From: a virus
Taxonomy: Duplodnaviria > Caudoviricetes
Virus record (IMG/VR): IMGVR_UViG_3300046171_000048
Location: 1-50,335 of that record
Reading direction: 5' to 3' (one strand)
DNA length: 50,335 nucleotides
Shown: positions 1 to 7,354 of the stretch, in pieces
Position numbering within the stretch: position 1 is the stretch's first letter
How the letters are laid out: every line of letters starts with the position of its first letter
Translations under genes and position numbers: made by a program
Notes under the pieces: model-generated
Seen by the model: only the letters and a program-made list of their open reading frames with translations
The model's database searches: none
What the model was told of the DNA's origin: nothing

Positions 1-138
1 TTTGTTAAGGGTCTATGGTTATCTTTTAAAATGATGAAAGTATTATTTATTATTATGTTCGTATTCTGTTCTAATATAGTTTTTATATATAATAAGAGAC
101 TAGATGTAGTATGTTGCAGAAATGCAATACCATATATA

Positions 139-189
139 GGGGGTATGCATGGGCCATGGGGGGGTGTGTGTGTATATATATACGTACAC
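139..189. repeat. G-tract plus alternating purine-pyrimidine low-complexity segment
   Basis: G5 (139-143), G3 (151-153), G7 (158-164), then (GT)n and (TA)n in an otherwise AT-rich non-coding region. Confidence 0.7.
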
Positions 190-303
190 AAACTAAAATA
201 TTGGGATAAGGATTGAAAGTACATCTTCCACATGTAGCACATCCTTCTACAATATGCAATATATGGATTCTACATGTAAGGGTGGGCTACGCCTACACTA
301 TAT

Positions 304-331
304 ATTATACCAGTCCACAGCGTTTTGTCAA
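304..331 (-). promoter_or_regulatory. sigma70-type promoter, leftward
   Basis: Minus strand reads TTGACA-aaacgctgtggactgg(16)-TATAAT. Confidence 0.8.
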
Positions 332-433
332 CATTAATCGTCATATAGTATCTTAATAAATGTAACATAATGTAAACACATACTAATATTGTTTTAACTG
401 CACAAAAAAAATAAAAAAAAGATTAAAAAGTAC

Positions 434-461
434 TTGACAAGATGCTGTAGGCCGGTATAAT
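434..461 (+). promoter_or_regulatory. sigma70-type promoter for the rightward arm
   Basis: TTGACA-agatgctgtaggccgg(16)-TATAAT upstream of ORF 526. Confidence 0.85.
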
Positions 462-525
462 AGAAGGTATAGGCTGTAAAAATCAATAAGCCACACTTAC
501 ATACATACATAAATAGGGCATTACG

Positions 526-723
526 ATGAATAGCCTACAAAAATCAATGAAATCAAAGTCAACAGTAAACAAAGCAGGGAACTATACAAAGCCTACCATG
601 CGTAAGGCTATGTTTAATCGTATTAAAGCAGGGTCAAAGGGTGGAAAACCGGGCCAGTGGAGTGCGAGGAAAGCCCAACTGTTAGCATCTTCTTATAAAA
701 AAGCGGGTGGCGGGTACAAGTAA
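526..723 (+). CDS. small basic protein, N-terminal half of DUF5872-like family
   Basis: YTKP..R...KAGSKGGKPGQWSARKAQLLA..YKKAGGGYK motif. Confidence 0.75.
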   Translation: MNSLQKSMKSKSTVNKAGNYTKPTMRKAMFNRIKAGSKGGKPGQWSARKAQLLASSYKKAGGGYK

Positions 724-1043
724 TCCCTAAAAAACCTTTATACAAAGTATATAAGACTAATTATGAAACAGGGGAGTTCTACATAGGTGTTACCTCCAAG
801 TCAGGGGTACACTTTGATAATTATTTTGGCTCTAATACTACTGATTTAAAGATTATTGATAAAGATGTTTTGTTTATCAGCCACAATAAGTCTGATGCAA
901 AGCTTATGGAGTTAATATATCAGCTTCAAAACTTCTATGAAAAGAAATGTTTGAATAAAATGCTGAATATTAGACTGAGAAGAGATTTTATAAAAAAGAT
1001 TCCTAAATTTAAGATAAAAATAAATGGCATATCTAAATCATAA
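707..1043 (+). CDS. small GIY-YIG-like nuclease (start probably lost to a 1-nt indel near 726)
   Basis: Not in the ORF track. Open frame 699-1043 reads YKVYKTNYETGEFYIGVTSK...YFGS...E...CLNKMLNIR; GTG at 707 joins if one C of CCC is removed. Confidence 0.6.
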
Positions 1044-1662
1044 CCTACCACCCTTTAGTGCCTACATTAGAAATGAATATTTATTCGACCATGAAAAGGG
1101 TCATGGTGAATATACGTTTGCTGATGTACACACAGTAAACAGTTTAGAAAGAAGAGCCTTATTATTTGAATGTTTATTACCTAATGGAGTAAACTGGACA
1201 CGAAGACCTATCCATGCTTTCTGTTGGAAGAAAGATGCACCGAAACATAATTTAAATATACACCAATACTGGGATTGTTTTTCACCTTACGTGGATGTAC
1301 AAAGAAGAAATAGATTAGCGAACTGTAGAGCAGAACTTGTAGACTATAAAGGTGTTAAAAGAAAAGGCACTTACATGTTTACGATAGACTGGGCATGGGA
1401 AAATAAAGCAGGGATGTTAGATACAAACTTTAGTGAAGACCCAGAACACAAATGTGCTCATATGTTTAGAATGGATGATGGTAACTTTTTTGCATACCCT
1501 AATAATAGAACCATTTGGTATGATGATGCCTATATGGATAAAAGACTAACAGAAAATCCGGGATATAAGATAGACCAAAACTTTTATACAGTAGAAAATA
1601 CTAGAGAAGAAGATACGACAACTGATGATTCCTACATGACTCAGTTTGAACGTCCTGAGTGA
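1024..1662 (+). CDS. conserved marine-phage hypothetical protein
   Basis: 212 aa; MAYLN.NLP..IRNEYL..H..GHGE, WDCFS, HKCAH, YPNNR motifs typical of a widespread phage family. Confidence 0.8.
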   Translation: MAYLNHNLPPFSAYIRNEYLFDHEKGHGEYTFADVHTVNSLERRALLFECLLPNGVNWTRRPIHAFCWKKDAPKHNLNIHQYWDCFSPYVDVQRRNRLANCRAELVDYKGVKRKGTYMFTIDWAWENKAGMLDTNFSEDPEHKCAHMFRMDDGNFFAYPNNRTIWYDDAYMDKRLTENPGYKIDQNFYTVENTREEDTTTDDSYMTQFERPE

Positions 1663-2414
1663 AATTATTCTTTGACCACATTACAGGTAAACTAACTAAC
1701 TACGATTTAATTTACTCTCTACCCCTAGCAGAGTTTGAAAATAGTGAATATGATTATGCTTTTGAAAACGGATGGATTCCTTTATCATGGTATTACACAG
1801 AATTAAAAAACTTAACTTGGATAAATGCTAGGAACACAAGATTAGTTTTAAATAAAGTAGAGTTTAGTAAAAAACAAAAGTATGTTCTTCGTAAAAAAGA
1901 TATTAAAGTTAAAATATTAAATAGTTTTGATTATGATTTATTATCCACAATATATAAAAAATATGTTAAGTATAGAAATTTTTATGAAGAAGGTTTTGAA
2001 AATGACAGTGAAGTATTTGAAAAGAAAGATTATATAGATTGGAAATATTTTATTTACTATTACAAAGATACTCCAGTAGCTTTTACAGAGTTTAAAGTTT
2101 TTGATAACAAGCATGTACTATCAGGACAGTTTGCATGGGATTATGAAAATCCAAAACTAGGATTAGGAACATATGCAACACTTTACGAAATTGATTGGTC
2201 ATATAAAAATAAATATAAAAATTATTACTTGTCTTATGGTTATGAAACAACTAGTAAATATAAATCTAAGTATAAAGGTTTTGAATTTTGGAATGGCAAA
2301 GAATGGGTAAACAATAAAACTTTGTATAATAAATTATGTGATAATGATTCTAGCATAGAATCTATAAAAGATTTAAATAAATACCAAAGAGAATATTTTA
2401 AATTAAATGGCTAA
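1659..2414 (+). CDS. arginyl-/leucyl-tRNA-protein transferase-like protein (ATE/Bpt, GNAT-like fold)
   Basis: R.....FSKKQKYVL, IYKKY...R, WDYENPKLGLGTYATLYEI, YYLSYGY....KYKSKY..FEFW...W parallel Bpt/ATE_C motifs; GTGA overlap with upstream gene. Confidence 0.7.
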   Translation: MKLFFDHITGKLTNYDLIYSLPLAEFENSEYDYAFENGWIPLSWYYTELKNLTWINARNTRLVLNKVEFSKKQKYVLRKKDIKVKILNSFDYDLLSTIYKKYVKYRNFYEEGFENDSEVFEKKDYIDWKYFIYYYKDTPVAFTEFKVFDNKHVLSGQFAWDYENPKLGLGTYATLYEIDWSYKNKYKNYYLSYGYETTSKYKSKYKGFEFWNGKEWVNNKTLYNKLCDNDSSIESIKDLNKYQREYFKLNG

Positions 2415-2547
2415 ACGACCAACAGAAAGTACAGGGATAATTCATATTCCTAAAAGAACTAGTATAGGAAATGGCAAAGTTAAAATGTCTTCTATGAATA
2501 AACATAAACGTAGAAGTTATAAAAAATATAATAAACAAGGTAAATAA
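2407..2547 (+). CDS. small basic protein (46 aa)
   Basis: MAKRPTESTGIIHIPKRTSIGNGKVKMSSMNKHKRRSYKKYNKQGK; overlaps both neighbours (TAATG junction). Confidence 0.7.
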   Translation: MAKRPTESTGIIHIPKRTSIGNGKVKMSSMNKHKRRSYKKYNKQGK

Positions 2548-2846
2548 TGAAAGACCCTAAAGTAGGAACAGGTAAAAAACCAAAAGGTTCAGGAAGAAGA
2601 TTATATACAGATGAAAATCCTAGAGACACAGTGGGAATTAAATACGCCACGACTGCGGATGCGAAGAATACTGTTCGTAAAGTCCGCAAGATTAATAAGC
2701 CGTATGCTAGGAAAGTTCAGATTCTTACTGTTATGGAACAACGAAGTAAGTTTGGTGGTAAACCGCAACAAGCAGCAATAGCAAAGAGAGCAAAAATACA
2801 ATTAAAGAAAAAACATGGCACTAGCAAAATCTCAAAGAAGTCTTAA
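2547..2846 (+). CDS. small basic phage protein
   Basis: DPKVGTGKKPKGSGRRLYTDENP.DTV.IK motif common in marine phages. Confidence 0.75.
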   Translation: MKDPKVGTGKKPKGSGRRLYTDENPRDTVGIKYATTADAKNTVRKVRKINKPYARKVQILTVMEQRSKFGGKPQQAAIAKRAKIQLKKKHGTSKISKKS

Positions 2847-3063
2847 ATCATGGTCAAAACAAAAGTGGCGAACCAAGTCTGGGAAGCCGTCTTCCAAGAC
2901 AGGAGAAAGGTATCTACCAGAGAAAGCCATCAAGAGCCTGACATCTGCGGAATATGCGGCCACGACAAAAGCAAAGCGCCAAGGAACAAAGCAGGGCAAA
3001 CAGTTTGTGAAGCAACCGAAAAGCATTGCAAAAAAAACTAGAGCATACAGGAGGGTATCATAA
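2815..3063 (+). CDS. small basic protein, C-terminal half of DUF5872-like family
   Basis: SQRSLKSWSKQKWRTKSGKPS..TGERYLP.KAI..L...EYAAT motif. Confidence 0.75.
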   Translation: MALAKSQRSLKSWSKQKWRTKSGKPSSKTGERYLPEKAIKSLTSAEYAATTKAKRQGTKQGKQFVKQPKSIAKKTRAYRRVS

Positions 3064-3164
3064 TGATTGATAAGGTATGGAGTAAATGGACTGGTCTTAA
3101 AAAGAATGTTAAGATTGGTATCATTATAGTAGCAATAGTAGTAATTTACTGGTTTATAAAATGA
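3063..3164 (+). CDS. 33-aa single-TM micropeptide
   Basis: MIDKVWSKWTGLKKNVKIGIIIVAIVVIYWFIK; TAATG and ATGA overlaps on both sides. Confidence 0.6.
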   Translation: MIDKVWSKWTGLKKNVKIGIIIVAIVVIYWFIK

Positions 3165-3325
3165 ACAATAATAAAATGAAATTTAATGGTAAGTCCGATA
3201 ATCGAAACAATCGGACTGCCACATTTAATATGCAAAAAGCTGACCTAGATAAAGATGGTAAGATATCATCTTATGAAAAAACTAGAGGTATGGCTATTCA
3301 AAAAGCAATGAAAGGTAAAGTATAA
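3161..3325 (+). CDS. 54-aa protein with single EF-hand-like loop
   Basis: DLDKDGKISSYE fits DxDxDGxIxxxE; overlapping stop/start junctions. Confidence 0.65.
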   Translation: MNNNKMKFNGKSDNRNNRTATFNMQKADLDKDGKISSYEKTRGMAIQKAMKGKV

Positions 3326-3858
3326 TGCAAGGTAGAACAAGAAGAGGCGTCAGCGTAAGCAATAAGTATAGTGGGTCAAAAGCAAGCCCTAATCAATTAC
3401 AAAGAAATAAAAGTAATAAACCAAAAGCAAGTCCTAATCAATTACAAAAAAATAAAAGTAATAAACCAAAAGCAAGTCCTAATCAATTACAAAGAAATAA
3501 CTTTAATAAAGGTTTAAAAAAGAATAAAGGTTTAGATAAATTTTTTGATGAAAAAAAATTTAGAGTTGGACCAATAACACCTAAACCTAATAAACCTACG
3601 CCTAAAACTGGCGGAAGTCCAAATCAAAAATTAAAAGAAGAAAAAAGAAAGAATATTAATAGACCCGGAAAAAATGATAATAAAACACCTACTGGTGTCA
3701 ATAGACCGGGTACAAATAGTAAAAAACCAAAATCTAAAATAACATCATTAACAACAGATTATATTAAACAAAATTTAAGATTTGGTCCTATACTAGGGCC
3801 TTCCTTTTTTTTAACAAAAAATTTGTATGAACAATATTTAAAAAAGAAAAAAGCATAA
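3325..3858 (+). CDS. Lys/Asn/Pro-rich low-complexity protein with internal repeats
   Basis: 177 aa, three KASPNQLQ(R/K)N repeats. Confidence 0.7.
   Translation: MQGRTRRGVSVSNKYSGSKASPNQLQRNKSNKPKASPNQLQKNKSNKPKASPNQLQRNNFNKGLKKNKGLDKFFDEKKFRVGPITPKPNKPTPKTGGSPNQKLKEEKRKNINRPGKNDNKTPTGVNRPGTNSKKPKSKITSLTTDYIKQNLRFGPILGPSFFLTKNLYEQYLKKKKA
3377..3500 (+). repeat. 45-nt coding tandem repeat (about 2.7 copies)
   Basis: caaaagcaag(c/t)cctaatcaattacaaa at 3377, 3422 and 3467. Confidence 0.9.
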
Positions 3859-3980
3859 TGGCATACGGAAGTAAAACAAAAAAACCAAAAGATAAAACAG
3901 TAGTAATGATTGCTGTAGGGAAACTAAAGGCTAAAAAAAATGGCACTAAGCGAAACGGAAAAAAGAAAAAACTTTCTTAA
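3858..3980 (+). CDS. small basic protein (40 aa)
   Basis: MAYGSKTKKPKDKTVVMIAVGKLKAKKNGTKRNGKKKKLS; TAATG overlap. Confidence 0.55.
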   Translation: MAYGSKTKKPKDKTVVMIAVGKLKAKKNGTKRNGKKKKLS

Positions 3981-4278
3981 AAAACATGGACTTAAAAGAT
4001 TCAATACTGCAGTCAGGACCACTGAAGGTGGTAAGAAAGGTAAAGTCGGTATACTCGAGGGTGGGAAGCCCCGACTTATTCGCTTCGGTGACTCTTCTAT
4101 GGGTCACAACTATTCCCCAGAAGCTAGGAAATCTTTTAAAGCTAGGCATGGGAAAAATATTGCAAAAGGTCCAACGAGTGCTGCGTACTGGGCTAACAAA
4201 GTTTTATGGGCAGGTAAGTCGGGTTCGAAGAAGTCTCCGCCAAAAAGCCAACGTGTTGTTAAAGGAGCCAGAGGTTAA
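3940..4278 (+). CDS. small basic phage protein
   Basis: RLIRFGD..M......ARKSFKARH...SAAYWANKVLW motif widespread in phages and giant viruses. Confidence 0.75.
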   Translation: MALSETEKRKNFLKKHGLKRFNTAVRTTEGGKKGKVGILEGGKPRLIRFGDSSMGHNYSPEARKSFKARHGKNIAKGPTSAAYWANKVLWAGKSGSKKSPPKSQRVVKGARG

Positions 4279-4358
4279 ACTATCTGGCAATGTTTTTAAA
4301 GCAAACAAAAACGAAGAAACAGTAACACAAATAAAGTTTAAAGAAAATTAAAAAGTTT

Positions 4359-4403
4359 GACGATGCCTTCGGGGTCGTTGATATCTAGCTTAAAGCAAGG
4401 AGG
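4359..4403 (+). promoter_or_regulatory. structured 5' leader of hsp20 (UUCG hairpin plus SD-adjacent hairpin)
   Basis: gacgat-g-cc-TTCG-gg-gtcgtt stem-loop, then ctagcttaaagcaag overlapping SD AAGGAGG. Confidence 0.6.
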
Positions 4404-4408
4404 TATAT

Positions 4409-4813
4409 ATGACTTTTACACTAGATAAATACATGCCCTACACAGTAGGGTTTGATAGATTCTTTGATACATTAGATATTGTAAGTAATACTGATGCCAA
4501 AGGATATCCACACTACAACATTAAAAAGATAGATGATGGAGAATGGAAAATAGATTTTGCACTAGCAGGGTTTTCTAAAAAAGATATTAACATAAATGTT
4601 AAAGAAAACAAAATGACTGTTGATGGCGAAATAGAATCAAACAATGAAGATTATCTGTACAAAGGTATTTCTACTAAAAAGTTTTCTAAGACTTTTTCAC
4701 TAGCAGAATATACAGAACCAACAGATGCAACTATGGAAAATGGTATTTTGACAATTACTTTAAAACAAGAATTGCCAGAAGAAAAAAAACCAAAGACAAT
4801 AAAAATAAAATAG
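4409..4813 (+). CDS. hsp20: small heat-shock protein (Hsp20/IbpA family)
   Basis: VGFDRFFD, YPHYNI, ALAGFSK.DI, YLYKGIS...F...F.LAE, A.MENGIL.I.L....PEEKKPKTI.I; strong SD. Confidence 0.95.
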   Translation: MTFTLDKYMPYTVGFDRFFDTLDIVSNTDAKGYPHYNIKKIDDGEWKIDFALAGFSKKDININVKENKMTVDGEIESNNEDYLYKGISTKKFSKTFSLAEYTEPTDATMENGILTITLKQELPEEKKPKTIKIK

Positions 4814-5109
4814 TGCCAACATATTCTTATAGAAATAAGAAGACTGGAAAAGTCTGGGATGAGTATCTATCGTATGATGATAGGACCAAGCCACTACGAA
4901 ATAAAAATGTAGAGATGGTGATAACTGCACCCAGACTTGCCTTTATAGAAAGAGGTGAACATAAACAACGAGACCAAATGATTCATACAGCTAGACAGGG
5001 AATGAGAGAAAGACAGGCAGAAGAAAAAGCAGGTATTAGAAAAACTCCCGAATGGTTAAAAGAAAAAACAGAAAAACATTTACAAAAGGTCCGCAATGTT
5101 AGTTCCTGA
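4813..5109 (+). CDS. FmdB-like (MPTYxY) small protein
   Basis: MPTYSYRNKKTG N-terminus; lacks Cys ligands. Confidence 0.6.
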   Translation: MPTYSYRNKKTGKVWDEYLSYDDRTKPLRNKNVEMVITAPRLAFIERGEHKQRDQMIHTARQGMRERQAEEKAGIRKTPEWLKEKTEKHLQKVRNVSS

Positions 5110-5479
5110 TAATAAAAAAGAAGTAGCTTTAACAGAAAAGCAAGAAACATTTTTAACAGCTTTGTTTGGCGAAGCACAAGGTAATCCTAGAACAGCAGGT
5201 GATATAGCAGGATATGCAGATTATCATCAACCACTAAGAGCCTTAAAAGAAGAAATTATTACAAGAGCAGAAGAACAGTTAGCTGCTTTTGCACCTAGAG
5301 CAAGTATGGGAATGATAAATGCTTTAGATGAAGACGGAAGCCTACCCGGTGCTAATATTAGAATGGAAGCAGCCAAACAAATATTAGATAGAGTAGGATT
5401 ATCTAAAAGAGAAAAATTAGATATAACTGCTAAAGTACAACACGGAGTTTTTATTTTACCACCTAAAGATAATGAGTGA
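5096..5479 (+). CDS. terS: terminase small subunit
   Basis: LTEKQ..FL..LF.EA.G....A..IAGY HTH, AAK.ILDRVGL, VFILPPK; position before terL. Confidence 0.75.
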   Translation: MLVPDNKKEVALTEKQETFLTALFGEAQGNPRTAGDIAGYADYHQPLRALKEEIITRAEEQLAAFAPRASMGMINALDEDGSLPGANIRMEAAKQILDRVGLSKREKLDITAKVQHGVFILPPKDNE

Positions 5480-5732
5480 AGAAAAAATTAAAATAGCAAG
5501 AAGAAAAAATGCTAGAGTAATTCCTTATGGTTATGAAATATCAGAAGATGACCCTGACTTTTTAATACAAAACGAAGACCATATGGAACTTATTAAGAAA
5601 GCAAAAAAGTTTATAGAAAATAATTGTTCATACAGAGAAACTGCAGAATGGTTATCCCACAATACAGGTAGAAAGCTGACAGGTATGGGGTTAAGAGAAG
5701 TGCTAAAGAGGGTTATACATAAAGGTTGGTAA
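5472..5732 (+). CDS. small HTH / recombinase-domain-like DNA-binding protein
   Basis: IPYGY...SYRETAEWLS..TGR.L..MGLR. Confidence 0.65.
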   Translation: MSEEKIKIARRKNARVIPYGYEISEDDPDFLIQNEDHMELIKKAKKFIENNCSYRETAEWLSHNTGRKLTGMGLREVLKRVIHKGW

Positions 5733-7354
5733 GCGAACCTAAACCAAAAAAGTCTGGTAGAAGAAGAGTAAAAGATTTAAATACTCCTTTAACTATTAAA
5801 GAAAAGAAAGCACGTAAGTCTGCACAAGATTTATTACGTGAAAGAAAACAAGATTTAAAAAAAGCCCAAGATAATTACTGGTCTACAAAAAGTAAAATAA
5901 AAGATATAGACAATGTGCTTGAAGGTAAACAACAAGTCATTGAACAAAATAAGATTGATGAAGCTACTCCTAATATTCGAGAAGCTATTAAAGATAGAGA
6001 AGTTATCTTTGAAGCAAACGAAGGACCACAAACACAATTTTTAGCAGCTTCAGAAAGAGAAGTATTTTATGGTGGAGCAAGAGGCGGTGGTAAATCATAC
6101 GCAATGTTGGTTGACCCACTACGTTATTGTCACAAACAAAAACACAGAGCATTATTAATTAGACGTACAATGCCTGAGTTGAGAGATTTAATTAATCACT
6201 CACAACAATTATATTCAAAAGCTTATCCCGGTGCTAAATGGAGAGAGCAAGAAAAAGAATGGAAGTTTCCTTCAGGTGCTAGAATAGAATTTGGATATGC
6301 GGAAAACTTAACTGATGCTCTTCGCTACCAAGGACAATCATATACTTGGATAGGCATAGACGAATTACCGCAATACCCTACCGAAGATATCTATAATTTT
6401 CTTCGGTCCTCTTTACGAAGTGTAGACCCAGACATTCCTGTTTACATGAGAGCAACAGGTAATCCGGGAAACGTAGGTTCGATGTGGGTTAAAAATATGT
6501 TTGTTGACCCTGCAATACCTAATACAAAATTTGATATAGATATTAAAACTCCTAATGGTGTTAAACAAATATCTAGAAGATTTATTCCTGCTAAACTAGA
6601 AGATAATCCTTATCTTATGCAGACTGATGATTATTATGCTATGTTAGCTTCACTACCAGAAGTACAAAGAAAACAATTCTTAGAAGGTAACTGGGAAGCA
6701 TTTGAAGATTCATCTTTTCCAGAGTTTAATAAAGATGTACACGTTATTAAACCTTTTGATATTCCTAGAAACTGGATGAGATTTAGAGCATGTGACTGGG
6801 GTTATAGTTCACCGGCTTGTTGTTTATGGATAGCAATAGACTTTGATAATAATTTATTTGTTTACAGAGAATTATATACACAAAAAGTTACAGCAGATTT
6901 ATTTGCTAGAAAAGTTTTAGAAGCAGAACAAGGTGAGTATATTAGATATGGTGTACTTGATAGTTCTACTTGGGCAAGACGAGGTGATATAGGACCAAGT
7001 ATTGCAGAGACTATGATACTAGAAGGTTGTCGTTGGAGGCCATCTGATAGAAGTCCTAGAAGTAGAGTAGCCGGTAAATTAGAAATACATAAAAGATTAA
7101 GACCAGATGAAGAGACAGGATATCCTTCATTATTTATTTTAGATAATTGTATTAATTTAATTAGAACATTACCTATGTTACCAGTAGATAAAAATAATCC
7201 TGAAGATGTAAATACACATGCAGAAGACCATGCTTACGATGCACTAAGATATGGTTGTATGAGTAGACCAATACATCCTATTAAACAAGATTTTATAGAT
7301 AAAGTAAACGAACCTAAAAGAGCAGCACCGGCAGATAGTGTGTTTGGATATTAA
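5726..7354 (+). CDS. terL: terminase large subunit
   Basis: Walker A YGGARGGGKS, Walker B WIGIDE, ATGNPG, nuclease ACDWGY and EDHAYDALRY. Confidence 0.95.
   Translation: MVSEPKPKKSGRRRVKDLNTPLTIKEKKARKSAQDLLRERKQDLKKAQDNYWSTKSKIKDIDNVLEGKQQVIEQNKIDEATPNIREAIKDREVIFEANEGPQTQFLAASEREVFYGGARGGGKSYAMLVDPLRYCHKQKHRALLIRRTMPELRDLINHSQQLYSKAYPGAKWREQEKEWKFPSGARIEFGYAENLTDALRYQGQSYTWIGIDELPQYPTEDIYNFLRSSLRSVDPDIPVYMRATGNPGNVGSMWVKNMFVDPAIPNTKFDIDIKTPNGVKQISRRFIPAKLEDNPYLMQTDDYYAMLASLPEVQRKQFLEGNWEAFEDSSFPEFNKDVHVIKPFDIPRNWMRFRACDWGYSSPACCLWIAIDFDNNLFVYRELYTQKVTADLFARKVLEAEQGEYIRYGVLDSSTWARRGDIGPSIAETMILEGCRWRPSDRSPRSRVAGKLEIHKRLRPDEETGYPSLFILDNCINLIRTLPMLPVDKNNPEDVNTHAEDHAYDALRYGCMSRPIHPIKQDFIDKVNEPKRAAPADSVFGY

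Noticed and set aside
31-216. 61-aa ORF at the window start
   Set aside because: Runs through low-complexity G/GT/TA tracts, with no SD and no recognisable protein features.
3986-4351. 121-aa alternative-frame ORF over 3940-4278
   Set aside because: Overlaps a gene with a recognisable family motif and has no SD or motif; at most the last 30 or so codons could be a tiny gene.
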